Origin: Candidatus Latescibacterota bacterium | Lineage (GTDB): Bacteria > Latescibacterota > UBA2968 | Direction: 5' to 3' | NCBI GenBank assembly: GCA_965208125.1 | Contig: OZ242320.1 | Location: 64,001-128,000 of the forward strand | Length of the DNA stretch: 64,000 bases | Shown here: positions 9,420 through 19,180 of the stretch, one piece after another | Position numbering within the stretch: the stretch's first letter is position 1 | Layout: the number at the start of each line of letters is the position of its first letter | Position numbers and translations under genes: made by a program | Notes under the pieces: generated by a model | Database searches by the model: none | The model's input: only the letters and a program-made list of their open reading frames with translations | Told to the model about the DNA's origin: nothing

Positions 9420-9522
9420 GTATTATCTCCTGATTCGTCTATCCATTGACATTTGTTTTGGGGCGATCTATTTTAGGGATACAGGGATACAATATAATCA
9501 ACTAAACTGGATGAGGTAACGA

Positions 9523-10284
9523 GTGAGATTACTTGCACTCAAAACAGCCTCTCTAATTTTACTTCTTGGGGAGATTTTCATGGCACAACCAACTCATGCC
9601 GATCGCCCAATGTACACTATTTATCGCGCAGGCACACCAATTGTAATTGACGGGCGCCTGAATGAACCCGCATGGGTGGCAGCCCCAGACGTGGGAGCCT
9701 TTGTATTTCCGTGGTACGAATCGGGCAAAAAAGAACAAACCGTAGCCAAAATGCTGTGGGACGACAATAACTTATACGTCTCGTACATCTGTGAAGATGC
9801 ACATATTTGGGCAGAACACACCGCGCGCGATTCCGACGTATGGAAAGACGATACCGTAGAAGTATTCACAGCACCCAATCCCGATCAGCCCCAGGCTTAT
9901 TTTAATATTGAAATGAACGTACTCGGCATCTTTCTCGACCAGTTTCATCCACAAGGTCCCGACGCACCCGTACCCGGCGAGTGGAACGGCGAAGGCATTC
10001 AGGTCAAAACGCAAATCGTCGGCACATTGAACGATGACAGCGACGAAGATGACTACTGGATATTGGAAGCCGCCATACCCTTTGCAAATTTTGCACACAT
10101 CGCCGTACATACCCCCCCCAAAATCGGTGATATCTGGCACTTAAACCTAAATCGCCTGGGCGGAAAAACCAATGAACAATTCAGCCAGTGGTCGGGCAGC
10201 CGCACGCCGGAGCCGCAATTTCATTCACCAGATGATTTTGGGCGGGTAGTATTCTCGGATAAAGCGAGTCCATTCTGGCGATAA
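9523..10284 (+). CDS. carbohydrate-binding family 9-like protein
   Basis: PIVIDGRLNEPAW, KMLWDDNNLY, DTVEVF, WILEAAIPF, FH.P..FG.V.F. Confidence 0.8.
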   Translation: MRLLALKTASLILLLGEIFMAQPTHADRPMYTIYRAGTPIVIDGRLNEPAWVAAPDVGAFVFPWYESGKKEQTVAKMLWDDNNLYVSYICEDAHIWAEHTARDSDVWKDDTVEVFTAPNPDQPQAYFNIEMNVLGIFLDQFHPQGPDAPVPGEWNGEGIQVKTQIVGTLNDDSDEDDYWILEAAIPFANFAHIAVHTPPKIGDIWHLNLNRLGGKTNEQFSQWSGSRTPEPQFHSPDDFGRVVFSDKASPFWR

Positions 10285-10302
10285 TCGCAAAAGGAGAAAA
10301 AC

Positions 10303-11379
10303 ATGTCACAGACATTGCCATTGCTCGAAGTCAGTGGTTCACCAACTGAGCGAGGTCAGGCGCATGGTGAGACATTTAAGGAACTAATCCGGGACCTTGT
10401 CACCGTCAATTTTGAGGATATGGTTCATGGAACACAGGGCTATCTGACAAAAGAGCGCGTATATGAAATTGTATCCACTTACGCGGGCCCCAACCGCGAC
10501 TATGCACCCCATCTCTTTGAAGAGATGGAAGGGATCGCCGAGGCAGCGGATGTACCAGTAGAAGACCTGCTCGCATTAAACGGCTTTTTAGAATTGCACG
10601 ACTATTATTCCGATGCGTTTATGGTATCGGGTTGCACATCGTTCATGGTTCCGGGAGACACATCGGGCGAAGGCGCATTGATCGCGCAAAATTACGACCT
10701 CTCGTCAATCTATGCAGCGGCAGCAATCTTGATCAAAGTCAAAAACGAACACGCACCCGACGCGCTCTTTTACACATCTGCCGGGATGCTGGGCTGTGCC
10801 GGAGTAAACGATGCGGGCATTGGCGTCGTCATCAACAACCTCGTCCCATCAGACGCATCGGGCGGCGTGCTGTATCCCTTCATCATTCGGCGTATCCTGG
10901 AATCTGTGCGAATCGGAGATGCCATAGATGCAGTGATAGCAAAACCGAGAGCATCGGGTATGAATTACGTAATATGCGATGAAAATGGCGAAATATACGA
11001 CCTTGAAACCACGGCGAGAGAATACGAAGTCATCTGCCCCTTCGATGGCCCCATGGCCCATTCAAATCACTATCTAACAGACCGGCTCAAACCTTTTGAG
11101 CGGCGTCAATGGGATCAACGCGGTCAAAGCATCTTGCGCTGGGGACGTGCGACCAGATTATTAAAATCTTGCGACAAACGCAATGCAGACGCCCTGAAAA
11201 ATATGCTATCAGACCGCGTAAATACCCCCGTGGGAATATGCCGCCACAACGAAATTCACAATGGCGAAGCCTGCGGTCAGACCATTGCCGGCATCGTACT
11301 CGATCCCCCGGGGCGAAAAGCGTGGTTCACCAGAGGACCGACCGGTGAAAACGAGTGGGTTGAATATCGTCTAAACTAA
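10303..11379 (+). CDS. peptidase C45 / acyl-CoA:6-APA acyltransferase-family Ntn hydrolase
   Basis: GSPTERGQAHG, EEMEGIAEAA, G|CTSF processing site, AQNYD, HSNHY. Confidence 0.85.
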   Translation: MSQTLPLLEVSGSPTERGQAHGETFKELIRDLVTVNFEDMVHGTQGYLTKERVYEIVSTYAGPNRDYAPHLFEEMEGIAEAADVPVEDLLALNGFLELHDYYSDAFMVSGCTSFMVPGDTSGEGALIAQNYDLSSIYAAAAILIKVKNEHAPDALFYTSAGMLGCAGVNDAGIGVVINNLVPSDASGGVLYPFIIRRILESVRIGDAIDAVIAKPRASGMNYVICDENGEIYDLETTAREYEVICPFDGPMAHSNHYLTDRLKPFERRQWDQRGQSILRWGRATRLLKSCDKRNADALKNMLSDRVNTPVGICRHNEIHNGEACGQTIAGIVLDPPGRKAWFTRGPTGENEWVEYRLN

Positions 11380-11399
11380 AAAAAATCCGCATTCCTGTT

Positions 11400-11441
11400 A
11401 AGACCGTTGCGGGAGGTCATCCTCCTGAAACGGTCTTTTTT
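11400..11441 (+). terminator. intrinsic terminator
   Basis: AAGACCGTT..GGGAGG/CCTCCT..AACGGTCTT followed by T-run. Confidence 0.7.
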
Positions 11442-11442
11442 C

Positions 11443-11471
11443 TTGAATAATATACAAATGTGCAGTATATT
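11443..11471 (+). promoter_or_regulatory. sigma70-type promoter of radical SAM gene
   Basis: TTGAAT-17 bp-TATATT. Confidence 0.5.
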
Positions 11472-11506
11472 TTTTAGAATATTGAAGCGAACGGGAGGCG
11501 GAAGAC

Positions 11507-12280
11507 ATGCCATCATTGCACATTGACGAGACCAGTGTAAGGTCGGTACTCGTGCCTCAAAATTCACCCGGCGAACCCATAACTGAATACACACTCAACC
11601 CCTATTCTGGCTGTGGCATGGGATGTGCCTATTGCTATGTGATGAAGTTCCCATTCGCTTACGAATATCCCAAAGCATGGGGTGAGTGGGTACAGCCAAA
11701 GATGAACGCGCCTTTTTTATTGGGCAAGGCGCGTGCCAAAATTTACGGGCGCAAAATTTTCATGGGATCAGCGACCGACCCCTATCAATACATCGAACGG
11801 AAATATCGATTGAGCCGACGCTGTTTAAAAGTGCTGGTGGATTGCAATCTGAAGGCTCTAACCGTGCATACGCGCAGCCATCTGATTTTGGATGACCTGG
11901 ATTTATTGACACAATTTGGCAGTCGATTGCGGGTGGGATTTTCCGTGCCGACAAATGACGATCGGGTTCGCAAACGCACAGAGCCGAAAGCGCCGAAAAT
12001 CGGCGTGCGTCTCAAAGCAATGAAGCGATTGCGCGAAGCTGGCATTCACGTCACCGCATCGCTCGCGCCAGTACTGTACTGTCAACCGCGCCAATTTGCC
12101 GAACAAATAGCCGAAGCAGCCGACGGGGTATATTTTGGCAAGATGGATTATACGGACAGGACTGGAATAGCTTCCATGCCAAGAGCGCGACGCTATTTTA
12201 ACAGTCTTACATATCGAGAATTGATTGCAGAACTCAAAGCGGAATTGATCAATGTAGGGATGTTGAAAAGCGAAAAGTGA
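11507..12280 (+). CDS. radical SAM protein, spore photoproduct lyase-like family
   Basis: LNPYSGCGMGCAYCY (CxxxCxxC), SATDPYQ..E. Confidence 0.85.
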   Translation: MPSLHIDETSVRSVLVPQNSPGEPITEYTLNPYSGCGMGCAYCYVMKFPFAYEYPKAWGEWVQPKMNAPFLLGKARAKIYGRKIFMGSATDPYQYIERKYRLSRRCLKVLVDCNLKALTVHTRSHLILDDLDLLTQFGSRLRVGFSVPTNDDRVRKRTEPKAPKIGVRLKAMKRLREAGIHVTASLAPVLYCQPRQFAEQIAEAADGVYFGKMDYTDRTGIASMPRARRYFNSLTYRELIAELKAELINVGMLKSEK

Positions 12281-12287
12281 TTTACCC

Positions 12288-13697
12288 TCATCCCCCTTCA
12301 CTCGCTGCGGTGATAAATCGCCTCTCTCTTTGACTTTTGAGCACCTGCTGTTCAATCTCTTCTGGATCGCCCCAAATTTCCAATAACCGCTCGCGCAGGG
12401 CATCGCGTATCTCTCGGTGTTGTACAGACTCTGACAGATCGTTAAACTCATTCGGATCTTCTGCAATATTGAACAATTCGAGCGGATCTCCCGGGCTCAT
12501 ATTGAGTTTATACTCGCCCTTTTTGAGCATACCCACAGGGTGGATAACACCGTGCGCGAGGTATTCGCAAAAGGCTTCGTCCTTCCACGTCTCAGCCTCA
12601 CCATTGATCAGCGGCAAGAGGCTATCGCCGTCAAGAGGCGCAATATCCATCGAAGCGCCAGTAGCTTCAATTATGGTAGCGACGAGATCAACGAGTGAAA
12701 CATTTTGCGCCACGCGCAACCCCCCTGGAATATGCCCGGGCCAGACAATCTGAAGAGGCACGCGGGAAGACGCTTCATACATATTTGATTTGCGCCACAT
12801 GCCGTGCTCGCCATTCATTTCCCCGTGATCTGAGGTATGCACGATAATCGTATTCTCAAGCTGGCCAGTTTCTTCGAGCGCATCAATGAGTCGGCCTATT
12901 TTTTCGTCCAAATACGTGATAAGTCCGTAATAACCCGAGCGTCCCCTGCGAACGAGTTCTTCGGGAAAGTCGGTCATACCAAACATCAGGCGCAGGCGTT
13001 TGTAAACCGGGTGCATATTTTCCAGATGGCCTTCGGGGATTTCGGGCATATCAATTTGATCCCGCGGATACATGTCCCAGAACCGCCGCGGAACCACAAG
13101 CGGAAAATGGGGTGCAATAAACCCCACATTGATACACCAGGGCTGTCCTTTGCGAGCGGGATCTTTGATATACGCGAGAGCAGCCTCTTCAACCTGATCA
13201 TCAACCTGTATCTCAGTCGTTGTACCTGGCCCCGCTTGTGCAATACCCCCCCAGGGCCTCTTGGCTTCAACAACCCCTGCATCCCAATTGCCCTCGCCAC
13301 GCGGAACACCGTTTTTTGTCCACAATTCCGCATGCAAATCGCGCGCGAGTTGTGTGCGAAAACCGTGCAATTGATCAAGGCCACAAAAGTGCTGCTTGCC
13401 CGATATCACAACATCGTAACCGACATTTCGCAAGCGATGCGCCCACGTAACCGTATCCGACGCCATGGGAAAACCATTGTCATAAGTACCGATGCGATTG
13501 ATATAACGCCCCGTCATAAATGACATGCGCGACGGACCGCAAATCGGCGAATTACAATAGGCATTATCAAACGTAACCCCCATCTCAGCCAGACGATCCA
13601 TATTCGGCGACTGCACCAGTGAATGCCCGTGAATACTGCTGTATTGAGGGGCATGCTCATCAGACATAATAATCAGAATATTGGGCTTATCAGACAT
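12288..13697 (-). CDS. sulfatase (choline-sulfatase-like)
   Basis: KPNILIIMSDEH, CGPSR (CxPxR), GKQH, APHFP, TSDHGE. Confidence 0.92.
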   Translation of the reverse strand: MSDKPNILIIMSDEHAPQYSSIHGHSLVQSPNMDRLAEMGVTFDNAYCNSPICGPSRMSFMTGRYINRIGTYDNGFPMASDTVTWAHRLRNVGYDVVISGKQHFCGLDQLHGFRTQLARDLHAELWTKNGVPRGEGNWDAGVVEAKRPWGGIAQAGPGTTTEIQVDDQVEEAALAYIKDPARKGQPWCINVGFIAPHFPLVVPRRFWDMYPRDQIDMPEIPEGHLENMHPVYKRLRLMFGMTDFPEELVRRGRSGYYGLITYLDEKIGRLIDALEETGQLENTIIVHTSDHGEMNGEHGMWRKSNMYEASSRVPLQIVWPGHIPGGLRVAQNVSLVDLVATIIEATGASMDIAPLDGDSLLPLINGEAETWKDEAFCEYLAHGVIHPVGMLKKGEYKLNMSPGDPLELFNIAEDPNEFNDLSESVQHREIRDALRERLLEIWGDPEEIEQQVLKSQRERRFITAASEGG

Positions 13698-13712
13698 AGA
13701 AACTCCTGTTCT

Positions 13713-14750
13713 TCACGCCGAAATCACATCCGTAGATTCACCGGCTTGATCGGCAAGCGCGGTGTCAAAAATATTTTCAAGTGTACATTGCGGTTCATAT
13801 CCGATGAGCGTGCGCGCCTTACTATTGTCAGACCAATAGACCCACTGCATAGGGACCTCAACCGCGAAAAGGGGAACACCCGTTATATCCGCGAGATACT
13901 CTGCAACCTCGGGAAAAGCGAGCGGCCGATAAATCGGCGCATTAAACGCTTCACCCACTGCAGCGGGATGGTCCAGCGCGCAAATACACGCCCGCGCAGT
14001 ATCGCGTGCATCAGAAGGCGACCACATCCACGGACGCCCCTCGCGATCGGTGACAGCACATGGTTGATCGGGACGCTCGGCGCGGTCGAGCATATCCCGT
14101 GCAATAGCCGCGCCATCCAGATGATAAATACCACTTTCTGGATTATTCACGGCATCGCGGATGCGTCCTGCAACAAACTGAACATTCCAACGTCCAAGCA
14201 CTTCTTTTCCCGCAAACATGCCAGAAGGACGAATAATGGACAATTGAAGATCGTGTCCATTCATATAGCCTTCTGCCATCGCTTCGTTGATATATTTCAG
14301 CGTGCTATAAAGCCCACGCGGGCGTTTGGGATGGATTTCATTCACCGGCTGATAACAGGGCGGAATATGCTGATTGCCCATCGGATAAACCGCGTCGGTA
14401 CTGACATGGACAAACCGGTGGAGTTTATCGGCCAACGGCGCTGCCGCTTCAAAAATATTGTACGTACCCGTAACATTGATCTCGTAAAACGTCTGATTAT
14501 TCATACCGTGCGGTGGACCCAGAATATTTGCCGTATGAACAACCGCATCTATCCCATCCACAATACTGCGACACAACGCCGCATCTCTGAGATCGCCCTC
14601 AACCTTTTCAACATCAAACGGATCAAGCTTAAATTTCTTGGGATCATCGGGAAGAATCAGCGCGCGAACATCATCCCCACGCTCAACCAACTGCTTGACG
14701 ACATTCGCGCCCAAACGCCCCGTAGCACCCGTAACAAGAATTTTGCTCAT
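13713..14750 (-). CDS. NAD-dependent epimerase/dehydratase
   Basis: ILVTGATGRLG, YSTLK (YxxxK). Confidence 0.88.
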   Translation of the reverse strand: MSKILVTGATGRLGANVVKQLVERGDDVRALILPDDPKKFKLDPFDVEKVEGDLRDAALCRSIVDGIDAVVHTANILGPPHGMNNQTFYEINVTGTYNIFEAAAPLADKLHRFVHVSTDAVYPMGNQHIPPCYQPVNEIHPKRPRGLYSTLKYINEAMAEGYMNGHDLQLSIIRPSGMFAGKEVLGRWNVQFVAGRIRDAVNNPESGIYHLDGAAIARDMLDRAERPDQPCAVTDREGRPWMWSPSDARDTARACICALDHPAAVGEAFNAPIYRPLAFPEVAEYLADITGVPLFAVEVPMQWVYWSDNSKARTLIGYEPQCTLENIFDTALADQAGESTDVISA

Positions 14751-14761
14751 AGTTGCCTCTT

Positions 14762-15064
14762 CTATACTTTAGACAAGCGATGTACAACTTCAAATCGCTC
14801 GGACTCAGTCGGCTGTGACCAGAGATCACTTGCGCCACTCATAACGGCTTCCCGCTCGGGGCTGGCGCGCCAGCCCTCGTAGATCTCTTCATTCTCCCAA
14901 ATAACGAGCGTCGTAATCTTAGTCTCGTCGGCGAGAGCGTGAAGCGTCTGACGGCTAACAAATCCGGGAGCCTGACTCTGGGCAATACCATTGCGATTCA
15001 AAAGATCGCGAGCCTCATCAACACAATCATCTTTAGCCCAGTGATGCGTAAGTACGCCGATCAT
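14762..15064 (-). CDS. antibiotic biosynthesis monooxygenase-family protein
   Basis: APGFVSRQ..W.NEE.Y..WR.S; GGAGG RBS before ATG 15064. Confidence 0.8.
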   Translation of the reverse strand: MIGVLTHHWAKDDCVDEARDLLNRNGIAQSQAPGFVSRQTLHALADETKITTLVIWENEEIYEGWRASPEREAVMSGASDLWSQPTESERFEVVHRLSKV

Positions 15065-15109
15065 GGAAACCTCCATTGATCAGGATAAACTTCTATCGGA
15101 TCGTGGCAT

Positions 15110-15133
15110 TCGCGGCAGGGATGCCGCTCCTAC
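15110..15133 (-). repeat. GTAG-class REP element
   Basis: Minus strand GTAGGAGCGGCATCCCTGCCGCGA: GTAG tetranucleotide plus GCGGCA/TGCCGC hairpin. Confidence 0.65.
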
Positions 15134-15142
15134 GGCTTAATT

Positions 15143-15166
15143 TTCACACTTCATACTTCACACTTC
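15143..15166. repeat. heptamer array (TTCACAC/TTCATAC)
   Basis: TTCACAC TTCATAC TTCACAC TTC, overlapping the stop of 15151..16008. Confidence 0.7.
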
Positions 15167-16008
15167 TCCCCCGACTCCTGCGACTTCTCGAGCGCCTCGA
15201 GTACGGCAACAGGCGTAAGCATTGAACTATCAGTTTCATCTGTTTCACCCGTACTGAACATGTAACAAAAATCGAGAACACCTGTAAGATACGTATTCTC
15301 ATCGTATCCGATCACGCGATCGGTGCGTCCCTTTTCCCCAATCACAGAAACGTGAAAACCCACACGGCCTTCGCCAATGAGATTCATCGTTGAAATCGCG
15401 CCACTTGCAGAATAAAGCGTCGCAGTGTGATTTTGTTGCCCGCGATTGAGCTGTACCTGTGTAATATCCTGATCGAGCAAGCGCACGACCATATCGACCT
15501 GATGAATACCATAAAAAAAGACACCGCCGTATTCAGAATCAATATCGCAAGGCCCCGTCGAAACAACTGAAATAATGCGCCCGAGTTCTCGAACATCTTC
15601 TTGCAACTGCGCGAAAGATGCCTGCTTGGGCAAAACCGAAAAAGAACACACAGGCACATTGAGTTCACGCGCTCGAGCCAGAAACTCTTTACCTTCGTCG
15701 AGACGATAACAAAACGGCTTATCGACAAAAAGTGGAATTTTAGCCTCCAGCAATGGACGTACCGCAGGCAGGTGATATTTGGGATGGCGATGATCCACAA
15801 TAGCCGCGTCAACCTGTCCGATCAGATCTTCGGGGTCTTCCACAATATTGGGAATCAGCCCTCGATCCTGTGCATCTTGTGCATCGCCCGATGTCTCTCC
15901 CCAAACATGGGTAACACTAAAACCGGGCACGAGTCTATCAATATTAATCGTCTTTGCAATCGCCACCGTATGGCTATTCTCCGCCCCAATAATGCCAATA
16001 GTGGGCAT
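15151..16008 (-). CDS. Gfo/Idh/MocA-family oxidoreductase
   Basis: IGIIGAENSH, FVDKPF, FFYGIH. Confidence 0.85.
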   Translation of the reverse strand: MPTIGIIGAENSHTVAIAKTINIDRLVPGFSVTHVWGETSGDAQDAQDRGLIPNIVEDPEDLIGQVDAAIVDHRHPKYHLPAVRPLLEAKIPLFVDKPFCYRLDEGKEFLARARELNVPVCSFSVLPKQASFAQLQEDVRELGRIISVVSTGPCDIDSEYGGVFFYGIHQVDMVVRLLDQDITQVQLNRGQQNHTATLYSASGAISTMNLIGEGRVGFHVSVIGEKGRTDRVIGYDENTYLTGVLDFCYMFSTGETDETDSSMLTPVAVLEALEKSQESGEKCEV

Positions 16009-16050
16009 AGTATCGCTCCTTTCGGTTGTCAGTTATCAGCCTGTTTTTTC

Positions 16051-17292
16051 TCAACTCCACAGCCTGTCATTCACCTGTTCATCATTCCACGCATCTGTCG
16101 GTTCAAAATAGCCCGGCAAATCGGGATTGATATGTTCTTTAATCGCTTCCTCATTCAAATCAACGCCGAGCCCGGGCGTATCGGGCACCTGAATATAACC
16201 ATTCTGAACAATGGGATTGGGTGAGCCAGTAACGAGTGTATTCCACGGCGGATAATCAACGGCGTGGCATTCCAGAACCAGAAAATTATTTGTCGCAGCC
16301 GCGCAATGCACACTCGCCATCGTCGCAACCGGCGTCGCCGCCATGTGCAGAGCCATCGCAATACCGTGTTCCTCCGCGTAATCCCCAATCCGCTTAGTTT
16401 CGAGAATCCCCCCCGACGTAGCGAGATCTGGGTGAATAATCGAAACGGCTTTATTATCGATCAGTGGCTTGAAATGTTCCAGAAGATAAATATCTTCACC
16501 CGTGCAAACCGGAGTCGCCGTTGCGTTCTTGAGGCGCACCCATTGATCGGTCAGTTGCCATGGAATCATATCTTCCAGCCAGGCGAGATTAAACTGCTCG
16601 AGTGCGCGTGCAAGACGAATACACGACTCCACATTGATATGCCCAAAGTGATCCGCAGCCAGAGGAATCTCATACCCCACAATATCGCGCACGACCTCCA
16701 CATACTGAACGAGAACATCGATCCCCTTATCGGTAAACTGAATACCCGTAAAAGGATGCATAACCTGCGTAGTTTCCAGCATGCCCGCGGGGGAAGACAC
16801 CGTACCCGGAATATCTTTGAGCAAACGCACACCAATATCCATCTTCAAAAAAGTAAAACCACTTTCCATGCGCGCCTTCAAGCGATTGCCCATCTCTTCG
16901 GGATCCGGCGTTGTATGAGTATCGCAATAAATGCGGATCTGATCGCGGAATTTCCCACCTGCGAGTTGATAACAGGGCACGCCATAAGCCTTACCCGCCA
17001 GATCCATCAACGCCATCTCCACACCGCACACACCGCCCCCCTGCCGCGCATGCCATCCGAACTGTTTAATCTTGCGAAACAGCTTATCCACATTACAGGG
17101 ATTTTCACCCAAAAGCTGACGTTTCAGTTGCAAAGCGTAAATATGACTGGCCCCATCGCGCACCTCTCCCAAACCGTAGATACCCTGATTGGTATCCAGG
17201 CGAATGAGCGTAGAACGCATAGGCACACCGGAAATATTGACAACGCGCATATCGGTAATTCTGAGATCTGATGGGGATGAATGGGTATTCAT
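16051..17292 (-). CDS. mandelate racemase/muconate lactonizing enzyme family protein
   Basis: EMALMDLAGKAYGVPCYQLAGG, KMD, WLED, TGED, HPD; start at ATG 17292 after GAGGAG. Confidence 0.9.
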   Translation of the reverse strand: MNTHSSPSDLRITDMRVVNISGVPMRSTLIRLDTNQGIYGLGEVRDGASHIYALQLKRQLLGENPCNVDKLFRKIKQFGWHARQGGGVCGVEMALMDLAGKAYGVPCYQLAGGKFRDQIRIYCDTHTTPDPEEMGNRLKARMESGFTFLKMDIGVRLLKDIPGTVSSPAGMLETTQVMHPFTGIQFTDKGIDVLVQYVEVVRDIVGYEIPLAADHFGHINVESCIRLARALEQFNLAWLEDMIPWQLTDQWVRLKNATATPVCTGEDIYLLEHFKPLIDNKAVSIIHPDLATSGGILETKRIGDYAEEHGIAMALHMAATPVATMASVHCAAATNNFLVLECHAVDYPPWNTLVTGSPNPIVQNGYIQVPDTPGLGVDLNEEAIKEHINPDLPGYFEPTDAWNDEQVNDRLWS

Positions 17293-17315
17293 AAAATTCT
17301 CCTCTGCCTCTTCCA

Positions 17316-18521
17316 TCACGGCCGCATAGGCGACCCATCTGGTGCCCGCGTTTGCGTCCACTTAATAATCTCATCTTCGGGCGGATATTTTGCAGCAAGA
17401 TCTTCGTCTATATCAATGCCCAGACCGGGATTATCATTGGGATACATATAGCCCTCGCGTACCTCGGGCAAACCGGGAAACATATCATAGACGAGATCGT
17501 TGAAACGGCACCACTCCTGAATACCGAAATTGGGTGCCCACAGGTCAAGGTGCAAATTTGCCGCATGACCAACAGGTGATGTATCGCCAGGCCCATGCCA
17601 CGCCGTTCGCACATTGTACATATTGGCATAAGCAGCGACATTGCGCGCAGGGGTAATCCCCCCCATCTGGCTGACGTGCATGCGAATAAAATCGATAAGC
17701 CGATCCTGAATGAGAGGCATCCACTCGTGCGGATGATTAAACAGTTCGCCCATCGCCAGGGGCGTGGCGCACTGCGTCCGCATGTGGTGAAAATACGCAT
17801 TGTCTTCCGGCGCGAGAGCATCTTCCAAAAAGAAAAGCTTAAAAGGCTCCACATCTTTGGCAAACTGGATGGCGTCAATCGGGCGCAAACGCTCGTGAAT
17901 ATCGTGCAAAAGCTCAATCTCAGGCCCGACCTCCGCACGCACATGCTCAATCATATCGCACATGCGGCGGCAATATTCTCGCGGATGATAATAAGCACCA
18001 TCGGGCGAGCCATCGGGTTTTTGAATACTCTCCGACTGACCCCCGTACCCACCCATCTGCACGCGGATGTGGCGATAGCCCTGTGCCATATAATGACGCA
18101 CGCTATCCACCACTTCGTATTTATCGCGCCCATTGGCATGTGCATACGTATCTGCCGCCTCTCGACACTTCCCACCCAGAAGTTGATACACGGGCATACC
18201 CGCGCGTTTGCCCTTAATATCCCACAGTGCCTGATCCACCCCCGATATGGCATTATTGAGCACAGGACCGTTGCGCCAGTACCCATTGACCATGCTCATC
18301 TGCCAGATTTCCTCAATGCGATCCACATCGCGCCCCAGGACAAAAGGCTTGAGATGTTTTTCAATAGCCGTACGCACCGCGTGAAACCGCTGCGTAAATG
18401 TCGCACAACCCAACCCGTAAAGACCGGGTTCTGACGTAATAATTTTGACAATAACGAGCCGCGAACCCGCAGGCTGCGTCACAATAGTTTTAACATCTTG
18501 AATGGTTATAATCTCTGACAT
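17316..18521 (-). CDS. enolase-superfamily dehydratase, RspA/mannonate dehydratase-like
   Basis: YWRNGPVLNNAISGVDQALWDIKGK, LLHDIHERL, FFLED, AMGE, TAWHGPGD. Confidence 0.9.
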   Translation of the reverse strand: MSEIITIQDVKTIVTQPAGSRLVIVKIITSEPGLYGLGCATFTQRFHAVRTAIEKHLKPFVLGRDVDRIEEIWQMSMVNGYWRNGPVLNNAISGVDQALWDIKGKRAGMPVYQLLGGKCREAADTYAHANGRDKYEVVDSVRHYMAQGYRHIRVQMGGYGGQSESIQKPDGSPDGAYYHPREYCRRMCDMIEHVRAEVGPEIELLHDIHERLRPIDAIQFAKDVEPFKLFFLEDALAPEDNAYFHHMRTQCATPLAMGELFNHPHEWMPLIQDRLIDFIRMHVSQMGGITPARNVAAYANMYNVRTAWHGPGDTSPVGHAANLHLDLWAPNFGIQEWCRFNDLVYDMFPGLPEVREGYMYPNDNPGLGIDIDEDLAAKYPPEDEIIKWTQTRAPDGSPMRP

Positions 18522-18579
18522 GCCAGCTCCGTTTAAAAAACTCTGTCTCAGAATAAGTTAAAAAATAAAAGGCTATGGT

Positions 18580-18819
18580 TTACACCAAAGCCTTTTGTGT
18601 ATTTGAGAATCCCCCAACCTCAACAGATACGGCATCAAACCGCTCATCGCCTGGGCGGTAGGATAGCAATTCTAAGCCAATAGGCTGCCCGCTCGTTTCA
18701 TCTTTAATGATGATAATGCCATCGCCGATTTCTGTACACAGTTGATTTTTGCGAGGTGACTGCCAGTAGATCGTCAGCAATTCGGCCTCAGCCTCATAGA
18801 ATACTTTAACCTGCGCCAT
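18580..18819 (-). CDS. DUF2283-like protein (putative antitoxin)
   Basis: VKVFYEAEAELLTI..DGIIIIKD...PIGLELL; overlaps upstream partner. Confidence 0.75.
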   Translation of the reverse strand: MAQVKVFYEAEAELLTIYWQSPRKNQLCTEIGDGIIIIKDETSGQPIGLELLSYRPGDERFDAVSVEVGGFSNTQKALV

Positions 18820-19117
18820 ATACGCGCCTCCCTTCTTTGATTGCATCCGTTCTGTAAGCCGTAATGATAAATCCTTCTCCATTTAGACGGCGTACAACAA
18901 CGACCACCCAATATTTTTCTTTCGCGCCATAAAATAGCAAAATGTTTTCATCTCTACTACTTTCGCGCACTTCAATAGGATCTCTCAATGTATTTTTTAT
19001 TTCATCAATTCTACCCTCAATATCGGGATGTTTTAAGACAATTTTTTGCCAATATCCACGATTTGTGCGAACCGTAAATCCCAGTGGTGTTAAAATATTA
19101 AAAAAAAGTTCATTCAT
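18806..19117 (-). CDS. DUF4258-like/RelE-fold putative toxin
   Basis: WQKIVLKHPD..LRDPIEVRESSRD..GFIITAY; AT-rich. Confidence 0.72.
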   Translation of the reverse strand: MNELFFNILTPLGFTVRTNRGYWQKIVLKHPDIEGRIDEIKNTLRDPIEVRESSRDENILLFYGAKEKYWVVVVVRRLNGEGFIITAYRTDAIKEGRRVYGAG

Positions 19118-19180
19118 GCAAATATAACGGGTTAGAGGAATGGTGTCAGCCGATAATGAGGCGGTGTTCGATAGCCATCC

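Noticed and set aside
13623-14882. 419-aa plus-strand ORF (also 16264..17271, 17595..18434)
   Set aside because: Antisense to well-supported genes, no motifs
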